Positions 11,531-24,489 of a stretch of 64,000 bases of DNA are shown here, piece by piece. The position numbers and the translations under genes are program-made. Numbering within the stretch: position 1 is the first letter of the stretch; every line of letters starts with the position of its first letter. Source of the stretch: Negaprion brevirostris (Eukaryota). Location of the stretch: assembly GCA_030324005.1 (NCBI GenBank), contig JARDVH010000133.1, positions 42,275,810 through 42,339,809 of the forward strand, written 5' to 3'. The notes beneath the pieces are model-generated. The model had not been told where the DNA came from, searched no databases, and saw only the letters and a list, made by a program, of their open reading frames with translations.

Positions 11531-13095
11531 CTAGGGTAGCTGTTGATCTTTGACATCATGTAGTAGGTGAAGTATTCACTAGCACTACTTGTTGTTTACC
11601 CTGGAGTCGATCTCAATGGCACTTTCACCATCAGAGGCTGACCCATGAAGTTAACAAGGTATCGTAGTTCTAGATTCTCTGAGATGAGTGGAATGCAAAG
11701 GTCTGGGCTCCCAGTTGGTTCAGCAAGTTGAGTAAACTGAATTTGATTAGATTCAGTCCATGTTCCAATTTCTCTCTGTTGGAACACATTCATATTCCCA
11801 AAAAGGTTAAACAAATGGTCTGTGTGTGAAATGGGAAAATTACAGTGATGCAATTTGAGATGGCAGAATGGCCTTCAGGAGGTTAAGGAACTTCATTAAA
11901 CAAACTCTAAACTGTCTTGATGATGCTCTATTCTGACATCTGATGCCAAAATTGTCAGGTTTTCCTTTCTTCAGCATTGATTAAGCGGAACAAATCTGTT
12001 TTGAATTTATTTTCAGTAAACTTAATAGCCTAAGATCCAATTAGCCAATAGATCCGAAGTTGTTTTAAAATGGTAGTTGGGGACTCTGAAATTTTGAAAC
12101 CTAAAGAAAATGAAACATCTTCAGCTGCTTCAGTGCTGGTGGCATACCAAAATATGACTAGATTCTTAATACAGCTCTGATTCGTCACGTTATTCATGTA
12201 CAGTTTATGCTAATGGTAGCAATATTGTGCTCAGGGAGAGTATACTCCTTCAAAGCAACACAAAATAGTGATAAAATTATCATAATTGTCAGTTTTTTTA
12301 AATTTAAAAAAAAAATCAACAATACAGTTTAAAAGGAGCGAGATTGACCAAACGCCACTAATCCCAAGGTATGACAATTCTGCACAGAACCCTATGGATC
12401 TACAGAGAATTTATCATTGATCGTTATTTAAGGTGGACTAAGAGATCCTGTGAATAAATTTTGACTCTTGGAAAAAATAAAAACAAATTGAGGTGGACAA
12501 CTGAGTACACAAAATTAAAAACTGCAATATTCCCCCCTGTTGACTGATTTGCTTTGCTGTTTTAAACCCCAAAGTTGAATTCAGAATTGGGGAATTTTGG
12601 TCACTAACCGGTTTGCAATGTAGCAAGCAGCTTCTTAATTCTAAAGAGGAGAAATAAAGAATCACAGGCCACCACCTCCTTCTTGGCATTAGAAACTGCA
12701 GAAGCCAACTGGTCTGTCAAAACCACCCTCAGCTGGTTCTTGCTGGCACACTGCCTCACTCAGTTGTGAGTAACAATATGTACTAAGGACTTCCAAAGCC
12801 ATTGATCGTGCCATCTTGTCACCAGATGAGAGCTAGTTCACTTGGACAGGATGAGACAGATCACAACAGTTTTCTTCTGCCGCAAGCTTCACAATAATGC
12901 AGCCCATTCAACAGGCTAAATAAAAATCAACAAAACTGAGACACAAGGACCAAGTTGACAGTTGAGACTAGAATTTCAATGAGTGCCTTCTGGACAAGGA
13001 TCCACTGTTTGCCATAACCACCACCACTGGGTAACACAAATCAAGAGGACACACTTTACAAAAATTAAAGATCAAAAAAATCTTTGGTACTTTAC

Positions 13096-13246
13096 CAATA
13101 AGATCCTTATTGCGCCCATCTACAGAAAGATTTCGCAATGCGATTGCCACAGCTCGTACAACCTTATCAGAGTCTGATCTCAGCAGTTCTACCAATATTG
13201 GGAGGCCTTTCTCTTTACGCACAGTTGAACGAATGTAACTGGACCA
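13096..13246 (-). CDS. ARVCF: ARVCF coding exon, 151 nt
   Basis: ttgcag|TGG TCC...CTT ATT G|gtaaag; [50 protein letters not shown]; phase 0 to 1. Confidence 0.97.
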
Positions 13247-13397
13247 CTGCAAACACAAGAAAAATGATCAAATTCATATCAGTGCACAGAGAAGCTGAAT
13301 TCCCTCCTTAAGTGTTTGTTTTATTAGTACATGAAATATAATCAGTTTATCAGGATTATTTAATGACACTCAAAAAATTTAGATTGCAAAGGAAAAT

Positions 13398-13680
13398 GGG
13401 CAGCACGATGGCACAGTGGTTAGCACCGTTGCCTCACAGCATCAGGGACCCAGGTTCGATCCCTGGCTTGGGTCACTGTCTGTTTGGAGTTTGCACGTTC
13501 TCCCCATATCAGCGTGGGTTTCCTCCAAGTGCTCCAATTTCCTCCCATTGTCTGAAAGACATGCTGGTCAGGTGCACGCTCCAGAACAGGCGCCGAAGTG
13601 TGGCGACTTGGGGAATTTCACAGTAACTTCATTGCAGTGTTAATATAAGTCTTACTTGTGACTAATAAACAAACTTTTTA
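13398..13680 (+). mobile_element. tRNA-derived V-SINE (HE1-like)
   Basis: A-box-like tggcacagtggttagc, B-box ggttcgatccc, V-domain gcgtgggtttcctcc. Confidence 0.9.
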
Positions 13681-14749
13681 CTTTATTGTAAAGTTATAAA
13701 ATGTCTCAGCCCACATAGGTGGAACCCTCAGAATTAGGTAGAAAATAATTTGAAGAGCAAATCACCATATACCCTCGAAAAAAATTAAACTTTTAAAATT
13801 AAAATACTGACAATCATTGGCAAGATAATCTGCTTCAACTGCGCATGTTAATTCAGTACCTCATCAAACTCAGTAAACCCCTACCATTAAAATTGAACAA
13901 AAAAGAAAGCAAACAAGGTCCAGTGGGATTCCAGAAAGAGAAGCTAATATTTTAGACCCGACTGTTTCTCTGACCTGGACTAAGTTACAGGTAACACAGT
14001 TTTGTTTCAGATATTGCTGATCTGCTGTGCATTTTTAAAGCAATTGAAGTTCCAGTATTTACTAAATTTCAATTCAGCGTAATCATGAGATTCATAAAAA
14101 AATTCTCAATTCTAACATTTGATCTCAAAAGTGGATATTTCTTTATATAACACATGCCAAAATATTTCAGTTATATTTTGTACTCGCTGAAAAAATAGAA
14201 ATAAAGGTTCATATATTTCCACACATGAACATGTTTATGCAGTTGACAGTCAACTATTTTCCTCTCTTTTCCATTATAATTTACATTTTGCTCTCAGGAC
14301 AGTACAATGACCACTTAATCAGGACTGAAAGCGACTTTAAAAAAATTACTACGCAAACCTACTTCTTTATTTCCCCACCTACCCACTAAGCTCTTACTGA
14401 CTGCTCCTTTATGCAGTGCAAGCACGTAACCGCTGTATCCAAAAGGTGCTTTGCAGCTGTGTAATATAGCACAGGACGTTGAACAATTTGCAATTTGTTG
14501 AGGAACCAAAAATTCTTGTACATCTTACAGCATATATCTAAAGCACATGTTGGTTATAATTGGTGCTGTATGAAACCCCTTAAACACTTAAAAGGCAGAG
14601 TGACCTGCCTTTTTTCACAGGATTTGCTACAGTCCATATGAACTCCTTCTTGGAGTTCTTCAGTTCCCCTGAAGCTTTGCCAAGCTTCAGCAAGTCAATG
14701 AAATGCGTACAGTTCCAACAACATTTATAAGCTTACTACAACGTACTTC

Positions 14750-15048
14750 ATCATAGAATGCTACAGTGCAGAAGGTGGCCATTTGACCATCGAGTCTGCA
14801 CCAACCACAATCCCAGCCCTATCCCTTTTGCCCCATGCATTTATCCTAGCTAGTCCCCCTGACACTAAAAGGGGAAATTTAGCACAGGCAATCCACCTAA
14901 CCCACACATCTTTGGACTGTGGGAGGAAACTGGAGCACCTGGATGCAATCCACGCAGACACGTGGAGAATGTGCAAACTCCACACAGACAGTGACCCAAG
15001 CCCAGAATCAAATCTGGGTCCCTGATGCTGAGGGGCAGTAGTGCTCAG
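14750..15048 (-). mobile_element. tRNA-derived V-SINE with CR1-like tail
   Basis: Reverse complement of the same head and V-domain; tail ...ccttctgcactgtagcattctatg. Confidence 0.9.
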
Positions 15049-15064
15049 CTGGTGAAACTACATT

Positions 15065-15360
15065 TTTAAAATTTTTTCATGAGATATGGATGTCGCTAAC
15101 AGGACCAGCATTTATTGCCATCCCCAATTGTCTTCAAGAAGGTGGTGCTGAGCCATCTTCTTGAACTGCAGCTGTCCGTGTGGTGTCAGTACGCCCCATA
15201 GTGCTGTTAGGAATGGACTTCCAGGATTTTGATCCAGCAATATAATTCCAAGTCAGGATGATGCATGGCTTGGAGAGGAAACTGCAGGTGGCGGTTTCGC
15301 ATGCATGTGCTCCCTTTGTCTATAATGATTTGAGGTCTCATGTTTGGAAGGTGCTCCTTT
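15065..15360 (-). mobile_element. LINE 3' end (CR1-like second family)
   Basis: Colinear with 58440-58920, and with opposite-orientation copies near 9470-9680 and 29560-29850. Confidence 0.65.
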
Positions 15361-15868
15361 CACACCCCTTATCCTAAGAAAGGATTTTAGATGAGTATTG
15401 CCTTAAACAATAGCCACTTGCCACATGGGAACCCAGGTATTGATAACTGAATTTGTTTAGTAAATAAATATTCACCATCATTGAAAATGGATTCTCAGTA
15501 CGCATTTGTACGAGCATGCATATGTCCTATAATGTTAAAACAAAAAACAACTTTTGATCACTGCTTCCTTGGTTATCGTTACGTGAAGTATATTTTTCTG
15601 TACTGAGAGAACATACAGATGAGGTTTCTAATAATTTCAGTGCACATGGTTAAAACAGTGTAACCTCAAAGCCACTATTGTGGCTAGTCAGAAGTTACTT
15701 TTGGAAAACACTCTCATCAACTAAAGTACCGATGCAATTTGGCTGTCTCGACAGAGAAATTATCATTTGGAGGGAGAGTGGAGAAAGAGAGCTTGTCAAT
15801 TGGAACTTGCATTCAAAACTGTAAAACATCCAATGACATTTCAGTTGTACTTGAATTACTAAACCCAC

Positions 15869-15996
15869 CGTCCACTGTCCTGCGCTGAGGTTCTGTAGAG
15901 CACCTGCTGCAGCTTCCAATGTGTTGTAATTACGGCTTTCAGTGAGCAAGGACAAGTAGAGTCGAACCACATCAGGCTGGTACAGCAGTTCATAGC
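15869..15996 (-). CDS. ARVCF: ARVCF coding exon, 128 nt
   Basis: ttctcag|GC TAT GAA...TGG ACG|gtgggt; GYELLYQPDVVRLYLSLLTESRNYNTLEAAAGALQNLSAGQWT; phase 1 to 0. Confidence 0.97.
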
Positions 15997-16439
15997 CTGA
16001 GAAGACAGTAATGACATTTAATTCATGTTCATTAACTGAACTCGCCGCCATTCTCAATGCATGAAAATAGATAGTTCCATGTATATAAAAAGTTTAAGAT
16101 ATATCATGGTTGAAACTGGGTGAACAAAAATGGCCAATTACTATGAATAGGATGAGGTATAACAAATAGGGTTATCACATATTGTTTAGCCTATAGCATG
16201 ACTGGGAGCTAAAAATTCTTGGTTATCAAACATTCACTATTTGGATGGCATTCCTTGAATAAGTAAGGTAACGAAAATTAAAGTGACACTTGGGGAAACG
16301 AAGAAGCATATCATATCATATTAGTGAAGAAAACCTTGTGAAATATAAAAAATGGAGGGGTAAAAGAATGGGAGATTGGAGCACAAACACATAGAAAGGC
16401 TGGAAAGTAATAAAGGGAGGCAGTGAAGGAATTTTTGAA

Positions 16440-17420
16440 CACAAAATAAAGAACAAAAAACACCAGCCCAGTTAAACATTAAAAAAGCAAATCTTATTAA
16501 AAATAAAGGGATGGCAGAAATCCTGACTGAGCATTTGCTTCAGTTTTAATGGAATGGAATGCAGCATTAGCAATTAAAAGATACAAGAGGAGAAGTTTCA
16601 GCAATTAGCTTGGATAAGTGGAGACAGGGAAGTCAGAAAATTGGTGAAGTTCAGTGGAAAAGACACCCATGTCCAGACAGCAGCCAACAGCGCCAAGTGA
16701 AATCAGAGGAGTAATGGTACCAGCTCTGACCACAGTCTTTCCATCTCCTGAAGGTATGGAAGTTATGTAATAAATCTGAAAGATTGCCAATTTTAACATG
16801 GTCCAAAGCAGTAGAAATATTCTAATCAACTGTAAAAGAGTCGGTATCTTTCAATATGTAATAACAGACTAAACTTAAAAACCTGGAAAGCACAGATTAA
16901 TTAAAAGTTAGCCAAGCATGACTTGTGAAAGGCAAATCACATCTGACCAACTTACAGGAAGTTACTTGAAGAACAAAAGTTATGGTTAATGTGTGCTTTT
17001 CAAACTGCAGGGATGTAACGAGTGGTCTCTCTTAGGGGTAACCATTAAAATATTGTTCTTCTCAGTACACATGCAGATTATGAATATTAGCTGGAGAAAA
17101 TTTACTTACTTGACTGTTAAGATAAACAAGCTCAAAAAGGATAGACAAGTTAATGCAGATAAATATCAGATGAAAATTATGCCATTAACTTTTTAAAGAA
17201 GTAAAAGCCAACAAAATATGCACCATATAGGAAAAGGAAGAAGCAAAGGATCAAGGAGACTTGTGGATTAAAACGTACAAAACTTTTAAATTGAAAGGAT
17301 TAGTTGAAAATATGTTGGAAACAAACACGGATTCTCATGTTTATAACTGTTGGCACAGAATATAAAAGTTAAGGTGCTTTCATTGAAATGAGGTTAAGGA
17401 AATCTGATACAAGCATTCAA
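16440..17420 (+). mobile_element. Highly decayed CR1-type LINE
   Basis: Residual ORF2 motifs, e.g. caagcatgacttgtgaaaggcaaatcacatctgaccaactta (QHGF.KGKSCLTNL-like). Confidence 0.55.
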
Positions 17421-19469
17421 AATTAAGACATTTTGTTAAAGGAAAATAGGGAAAACACAATTTAACTGCTAATGTTTGTAGAAGTGAACACAAATGCAAG
17501 GTCATTAGCAAATGAATGAAGTGAGAGGTCAGCATTATTTTAACAATGTGGAGCAGAAATGATTTCCCAGAAAACAGTGCTACAAGTAGTTTTTGAGAAA
17601 GGGAGGCAGACAAATATTAACAGAAAACAAACATCTTTAACAAACAAAGGACAGGGAGGTAGAACCAAGTCGAAAGCTCTTGTAGAGAGTTGGCACAGGC
17701 ACCGTGGTTGCGCTGCTGATTCTGTGAACAAAACTTAGCAGGATGAATCAAATGGGACAATATTTGCTGCTTAATCACCATCACAGCCATTTTTTGCTTT
17801 AAATCTTTTATTCCTCCTCTGCAGTGATTAACTCCATGTGCCCAAAAGAAACAGTCCCCTGAACTGGGTGACCATCCTGCATTCATACATTAGGTTGATT
17901 CACATAAACTGGGAACTGTTCACGAATGTTTCACTGTTAATTTAGCCAATCACTTATTTCCAACAAAAGAGAAGTTCATTGGATCCATTGACATGTCAGA
18001 TTGTGCAATGATCAACATGGAATACTAAATTTGGTACCGAAACGTAATGGAGAAAAGGCACGTTTCTATTAGTCACAATCATATACTGAACTGTTTGTGT
18101 GTCACATGTGTTAATACAATAAAAAAAAACAGGAAATGCATTTAACTTTCTCATGGGGACAGAGGAGGGCGGGGGGGGGAGGGGAAGATGGGGAAAGAGA
18201 ACAAAGAGATCAGCTAAAAGCCCATTCCAACCAGAATAATGCATGGTCATTTCCACTGAGGATGATTAGTTTGGTTGGCATGGTCATCATAGTAGATGCA
18301 TCATATAGGAACAGTCCAAGCAGGGGGAGAGGTCAGAAAAATTGGTGAGAGAAGGGTGGCACAATCTGTTCTTAAGTGAATTGAAGAACAATTCATTGGA
18401 CTTACAGTAATGTTACAGCAGAGAAGAAAACCAAATGTTTGGGTGCTTAATGATCTTGGGAATGCACTAGCTGCATTTCTGGAACTGGAGAAGTAACTTT
18501 TTGGTATAGCAGGGCTGGCAAGATGATAAAGAGGTTGTAATTCTAACTGTTTAGTGGAGGAGCAGAGGATAAAAATAATTGTAGATTTTGACCATGATTC
18601 CACTACATATTACAGCACTAATCATCCACAAAACTATCAACACGCAAAATGCTCGCAACCAGATGACAAAATGTGGCAGCTGTTGGGAAGAGCGAGTTTG
18701 GCTTGTATCTGTGCAAAGCTCCAGGTGGTCTTCCCTTAGTAATATTCATATTTCAGTGTCATATTCAGCTTAACATTTATCAGCCTCATGGCGCCACTAA
18801 CTATATGCTGTTAAATGAAACAAGACTACTGACACTGGAGTTTGTCGAATTTGGCAGGCTGAAGAGCTATGCTTTAACCCAAGTGATCAAAAATGGCAGT
18901 TCCAAGAGTTTTAAAAAGAATACATTACATACTTGGTGAGCACTTCAATGGCAAACATTCCTCCAGACACATCCAATGCCAATAGGAGGATGAGTACGTG
19001 GGAAGGATGGCAGCTGGGATAATCACTGACAATAATCTTTGCTGTGTTGCCAAACACTTTTCAACAAGGATTCAAATTTCTAGTTATGAAGCTAGTCTGA
19101 AATGTGCTTATAAAATGACTTGAAGTGTTCATATTCTTTAAACCTTAGTTAGTGTTCTGAACAGCCCAAAAGAGCAGCAGGATAAATCTAAATACAAATT
19201 AATACCATTGGATTACTTTGCTTGTAGTTTTGGATTACTTAGTTTGAAATTATTTCTTTCACTTCACAATTTAAAGTTTAGGATATCATCGCTCCACAGG
19301 AAACAAAACAAGTTTTATTCAATTCGTTCTGTATGTTTCTTTTTGTCCATTTCCACATTTGTTTCAAAAATTGCTTTCAAATGAAGATTACAGCACAACC
19401 TATCCACAAAATTGGGAACGTGCAAAGTGCTAGCAACCAGGTGATAAAATCAGACAGCTGTTTTGAGAA

Positions 19470-22430
19470 TGAATGTTAACAAATTCAGGGACCAAAGGTG
19501 CAATCTGTAGGTGGAGCCAGAGGACATTGATAGACTATTGAATGAATACTTCACAACCATTTTCACCCAAGGAGGATGAAGATGATGTGGAATTCAGGGA
19601 GGGAAACTGAGGTTCTTGAGCAAATTGACATAGGGAAGGACAAGGTACCTAAGGTGCTGGCAGCCATAATAGTGGACAAATTTCCAGGGCCAAATGAATT
19701 GTGTCCCAGGCTGCTGTGGGAGACAAGGGAGGGGATTATAGATGCTCTGACCCAAATTTTTCATTCCCCCTGCCATGGGGGGAGGTCCAACAGGTTTAGT
19801 TGATAGTAAACGCATCTCCACACCATGGGGGAAGGTGTCAGAGGATTGGTGAACAGCTAATGTGGCTTTGTTATTTAAGAAGGGTTGTAGAGATAAGCCA
19901 GGGAACTACAGATCTGAGTGTCACATCATCAGGAAACTACTGGAGAAAATTCTGAAGGAGAGCATCTATCGCCATTTGGAAAGGCAAGGCTTGATCAGCA
20001 ACAGTCAATATGGCTTTATCAGAGGGAGGTCATGCCTAACAAACATGATTCAACTTTTTGAGGTGGTGATGAGGGTAGTGCAGTTAATGTAGTTTACACA
20101 ATTTCAGCAAAGACTTTGACAAGTTCCCACGTGGGAGACTTATAAAGGTGGCAAATGTGCATGGGATACAGGGTAATCTGGATTCAAAATTGGCTCCATG
20201 TAGGAGACAGAGGATGATGACNNNNNNNNNNNNNNNNNNNNNNNNNNNNNNNNNNNNNNNNNNNNNNNNNNNNNNNNNNNNNNNNNNNNNNNNNNNNNNN
20301 NNNNNNNNNNNNNNNNNNNNNAAATTGGCTCGGTTACTGACGACAGAAGACTGCTTTAGTGACTGGAAGCCAGTGTCCAGTGGCATACCACAGGGATCAA
20401 TGTTGGGTGCCCTATTATTTGCCATTTATATGAATGACATAGATGATAATGTAGTGGGTAGGATAACAAAGTTTGTAGATGACACAAAGATTGGCCAGGT
20501 GAGGCTGTGTCTTGGGCTACAAGATACAGACGGAATGGCCAAGTGAGCAGATAAGTTGCAGGTGGAATTTAATCCCGCAAAGTGAGGGGTATACACTTCG
20601 GAAGGAGTAATTTGACAATATTTGTTAAATGGCATAACATTAGGAAGTTCTGTGGAACAAAGGGACCTTAGTTTGTTTGTCCACAGATCTCTGAAGGTAA
20701 AAGAGCTGTTATCAATTGAGCCATAGGTTACAAAAGCAGGTATTCATATTGAAGTTCTATAGAACTTTGATGAGGCCGCAGCTAGAGCACTGTGTGCAGT
20801 TACAGTCGCATTATAGGAAGTACTGGAGGGGGTGCAGAAGAGATTTAACAGGATATTGCCTGGGATGGAGCATTTAAGTCATGGAGAGGTTGGATATGCT
20901 TGGGTTATTTTCGTTGGAGCAGAGAAGGCTGAGGGGCAACATGACTGAGGTGCATGAGCAGCATAAATGAGAAGCAGCTGACCCCCCTTAGTCAAAGAGT
21001 TAGTCACACGGAGATACTTGTTCAAAGTGAGGGGCAGAATGTAAAACTTGTTTAACCTCTGATGTGGAGATGCCAGTGTTGGACTGGGGTGGGCACAGTA
21101 ATAAGTTAAAGTCCAACAGATTTATTTGGTTTCATAAGCTTTCGGAGCACTGCTCCTTCATCAGGTGAGTAGAGAGTTGGGTTCACAAACACGGCATGAA
21201 TGGACGGAGACTCAATTGCGAGTTAATGGTTGGAATGCAAGTTTTTACAGGTCAAGTCTTTACAGGCACCAACAATGCACATGGAGAGAGGGATAATCAC
21301 AGGTTAGAGAGGTGTGAACTACCTCAAGCCAAAACAGTTAGTAGGATTTTGCAAGTCCAGGCCAAATGGTGGGGGTTACACCTAGTGTGACAAGAACCCA
21401 AGATCCTGACTTTTCTCATGGGTGCGGAACTTGGCTATCAGTTTCTGCTTGGCAATTCTGCGTTGTCATGTTCTTGAAGGCCGCCTTGGAGAACGCTTAT
21501 CCAAAGGTCAGAGGCTGAATACCCTTGACTGCTGAAGTGTTTCCCAACAGGAATGGAACACTGCTGCGTGGTGATTGTCATGGCGTGTCCATTCATCCGC
21601 TGTCAGAACATCTGCATGGACTCTCATGCTGCAGGAAACGATGTCCCGAGGCATGGCAGCAAGACCATGCAAACGCTACGACAATGGATGAACAGACACT
21701 GTGCAACAATCGCCAGGCAGGAGTATTCCCTTCCTATCGGGGAACACTTCAGCAGTCAAAGACATTCAACCTCCAATCTTCGGGTAAGCTTTCTCCAAGG
21801 CGTCCTTCAAGATGTATGACAATGCAGAATCGCCAAGCAGAAACTGATAGCCAAGTTCCACACGCATGAGGACAGCTTCAACCAGGATCTTGCGTTCATG
21901 TCACACTACATGTAACCCCCAACATCTGGCCTGGGCTTGCAAAATCCTACTCACTGTCCTGGCTTGAGACAATTCACACCTCTTTAAGCTGTTATTATCC
22001 CTCTCTCCACTTGCATTGTCTGTATCTGTAAAAACTTGACTACCTATAAAGACTTGCATTCCAACCATTATCTTGCAATCAAGTCTCTGTCTATAAATGC
22101 CATGTTTGTGAACCCAATTCTCCACTCACCTGATGAAGGAACAGCGCTCCAAAAGCTTGTGATAGCAAATAAACTGTTGGACTTTAACCTAGCGTTGTGA
22201 AACTTCTTGTTTAACCCAGACGGTGGTATTGGTCTGGAATGCATTGCCTGGAAGGGTGGTGGAGGTGGGTTGCCTCATATCTTATAAAAAATACCCGGAT
22301 GAGCACTTGGCATGTCATTGCATTCAAGGCTATGGGCCAAGTGCTGCTAAATGGGATGAAGTGTTTCTCATGTCAGTGCAGACTCGAGGGGTTGGAGGGC
22401 CTCTTCTGCACTGTATGATGCAGTGATCAC
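19470..22430 (+). mobile_element. CR1-type LINE ORF2 fragment interrupted by a Penelope insertion
   Basis: RT motifs SQYGFIRGRSCLTN, SGIPQGSMLGALLFAIYMND and KFVDDTK; resumes after 22206 with WNALPGRVVE. Confidence 0.9.
21058..22205. mobile_element. Penelope-like element, inverted (palindromic) structure
   Basis: Remnant of the GIY-YIG C-terminal region (KTMQTLRQWMNRHCATIARQEYSLPIGEHFS...KLIAKFHTHEDSFNQD); left and right halves are reverse complements; flanked by cttgtttaacc at 21047-21057 and 22206-22216. Confidence 0.85.
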
Positions 22431-23084
22431 CATCTGAACCCTCATACCTCTTCACCAAAATCAGCAACATTTAAACAGTGAAGAAAAAAGTCAAAGTACA
22501 GATGTTAAATTTAATTATTCAGAACTATACTGCTCAGTAACTTGTTCTGTAAATTTTCAATGGTACAGATGCTTTAATATTTTGCAGCAGAACCTTCAAG
22601 GGGATTTCATGTCTATATTTTTCAGATGACAAATTGTGGTACCAGGCAGTTATTTCATAGTGAGCAAAAGTAAAATCTAATAACGGGAACCATCTTTCTC
22701 CCAACTGTTAATGGTCTCAGTAGAGAGACAACAGCATACTGGGAGTAAGTGAATTGATCTTTTGAACAGTAATACAAGAACTACAAGATCAAAACTGACA
22801 CATGGTCCATCTAATTAATCTTTCACTATCCTGGTATTCACATGCTAGAGTTTTTGAAAACTTGAGTTCATCCACTGGGGAAGAGAGGTCACTAAATTTT
22901 TAAAACATTGACAACATCAATTCCTGATTCACCAACAAACTGGTACTGCAACTGTTCAACCAACAGCACTCACACCGTTCCACCAGTATCATGGCCAGAG
23001 ACTCGCTCACTGCTGTTCTCTCCCAACACCGCACCATCTTGTCCATAACTCCCACCCTTCTCCCGACCTAAACCCATCTCCATA

Positions 23085-23640
23085 TACTTGGAAGATTGTG
23101 TACAGTTCTGGTCGCCATATTATAGAAGGGATGTTATTAAATAGAAAGAGTGCAGAAAAAATTTACTAGGATGCTACTGGGACTTGAGTTGAGTTATAAG
23201 GAGAGGCTGGATAGACTGAGACTTCTTCCTCTGGAGTGTAGGAGGTTTAGGGGTGATCTTATTGAGATCTATAAAATAATGAGGGGCATAGATCAGCAAC
23301 ATAGTCAATATCTTTTTCCAAAGGGAGGGGAGTCTAAAACTAGAGGACATAGGTTTAAGGTGAGAGGGGAGAAGATACAAAAGTGTCCAGAAGGGCGTTT
23401 TATTCCCCCACACAGAGGGTGGAGAGTATCTGGACCAAGCTGCCAGAGGTAGTAGTACAGGCAGGTACAATTTTGTCTTTTAAAAAGCATTTAGACAGTT
23501 ACATGAGTAAGATAGCTTTAAAGGAAATGGGCCAAATGCGGACAATAGGGACTAATTTTGTGGTTTAAACAAAAGGGCGGCATGGACAATTTGGAATGAA
23601 GGGTCTATCTCCGTGCTATAAACCTCTGACTTTATATCCA
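23085..23640 (+). mobile_element. CR1-type LINE 3' fragment
   Basis: QKKFTRMLLGLELSYKERLDRLRLLPLECRRFRGDLIEIYKIMRG...TRGHRFKV. Confidence 0.9.
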
Positions 23641-24489
23641 ACATCCCATAACCTTACAATTGCCACTGCCATTCTGTGTTCCTTTGCTCTTTCTTCTGCC
23701 CACTTGCATGACCATTCCTTAATCAGATTTTAAAATTCCCTCTTGATACATTCTGGCTTGCTATTTCTTTCTTCTCCCTTAAGACCCAACTTAAAATTTC
23801 TCTTATCAACCAAGCTTTTTGTCAGCCTTCCTACTCTAGCTTCCATTCTTCATTCCATTTTCTGAGGAATGAAGACATATTTCCGAGTTAAAAATGCTCA
23901 AGAAATGCATTGTACAACAGCTAGAAGTAAACCCTTGACTACAGTGAATGCACTTCTTGTCAGTTTGCTACTTCCATTGTCAGAACAAACATTGTGTTAC
24001 TGTGTACAGGGTTGAGCTTAACAAGAAATCCAAATATTTAGTGGTTCCAAAATAAGCAACAAAAAGTATAATTACAGGAAACAATTAGTCTGTGGTTTTA
24101 AGGTCAGAATATAATAGGATATTTTCTGTTCTCAATTTACACTATACCCAGTATGGCCCAAATGCATTCTTTGCAGGTGGTACAAAGTTTATCCTAGTTT
24201 GCACATTGAAATCAACATTAAAAGGAAAAACAGCAAACTCAATAAAGGACAAATGAGTAACTATACTCTGTCGATTGTATTACATTGGACCAAGAACCAT
24301 ATCAATATTAAGTTGGATAGCAAAAAAAAATGTTGATTTCAGCATTAAGGTGATTGTGGAGCTTAAGCATGTGCAGCTGTCAATAACCACCTGTGCCACA
24401 CTGTCAGTCTTAATTATTGACAGTGTGGCAACATTCTAGACCATTACAATGACATTTATCCATCTGATGCTGAAGGATATAGGTCCAAG

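Noticed and set aside
13398-13470. tRNA genes suggested by A/B boxes
   Set aside because: These are SINE heads continuing into V-domain sequence, not complete cloverleaves.
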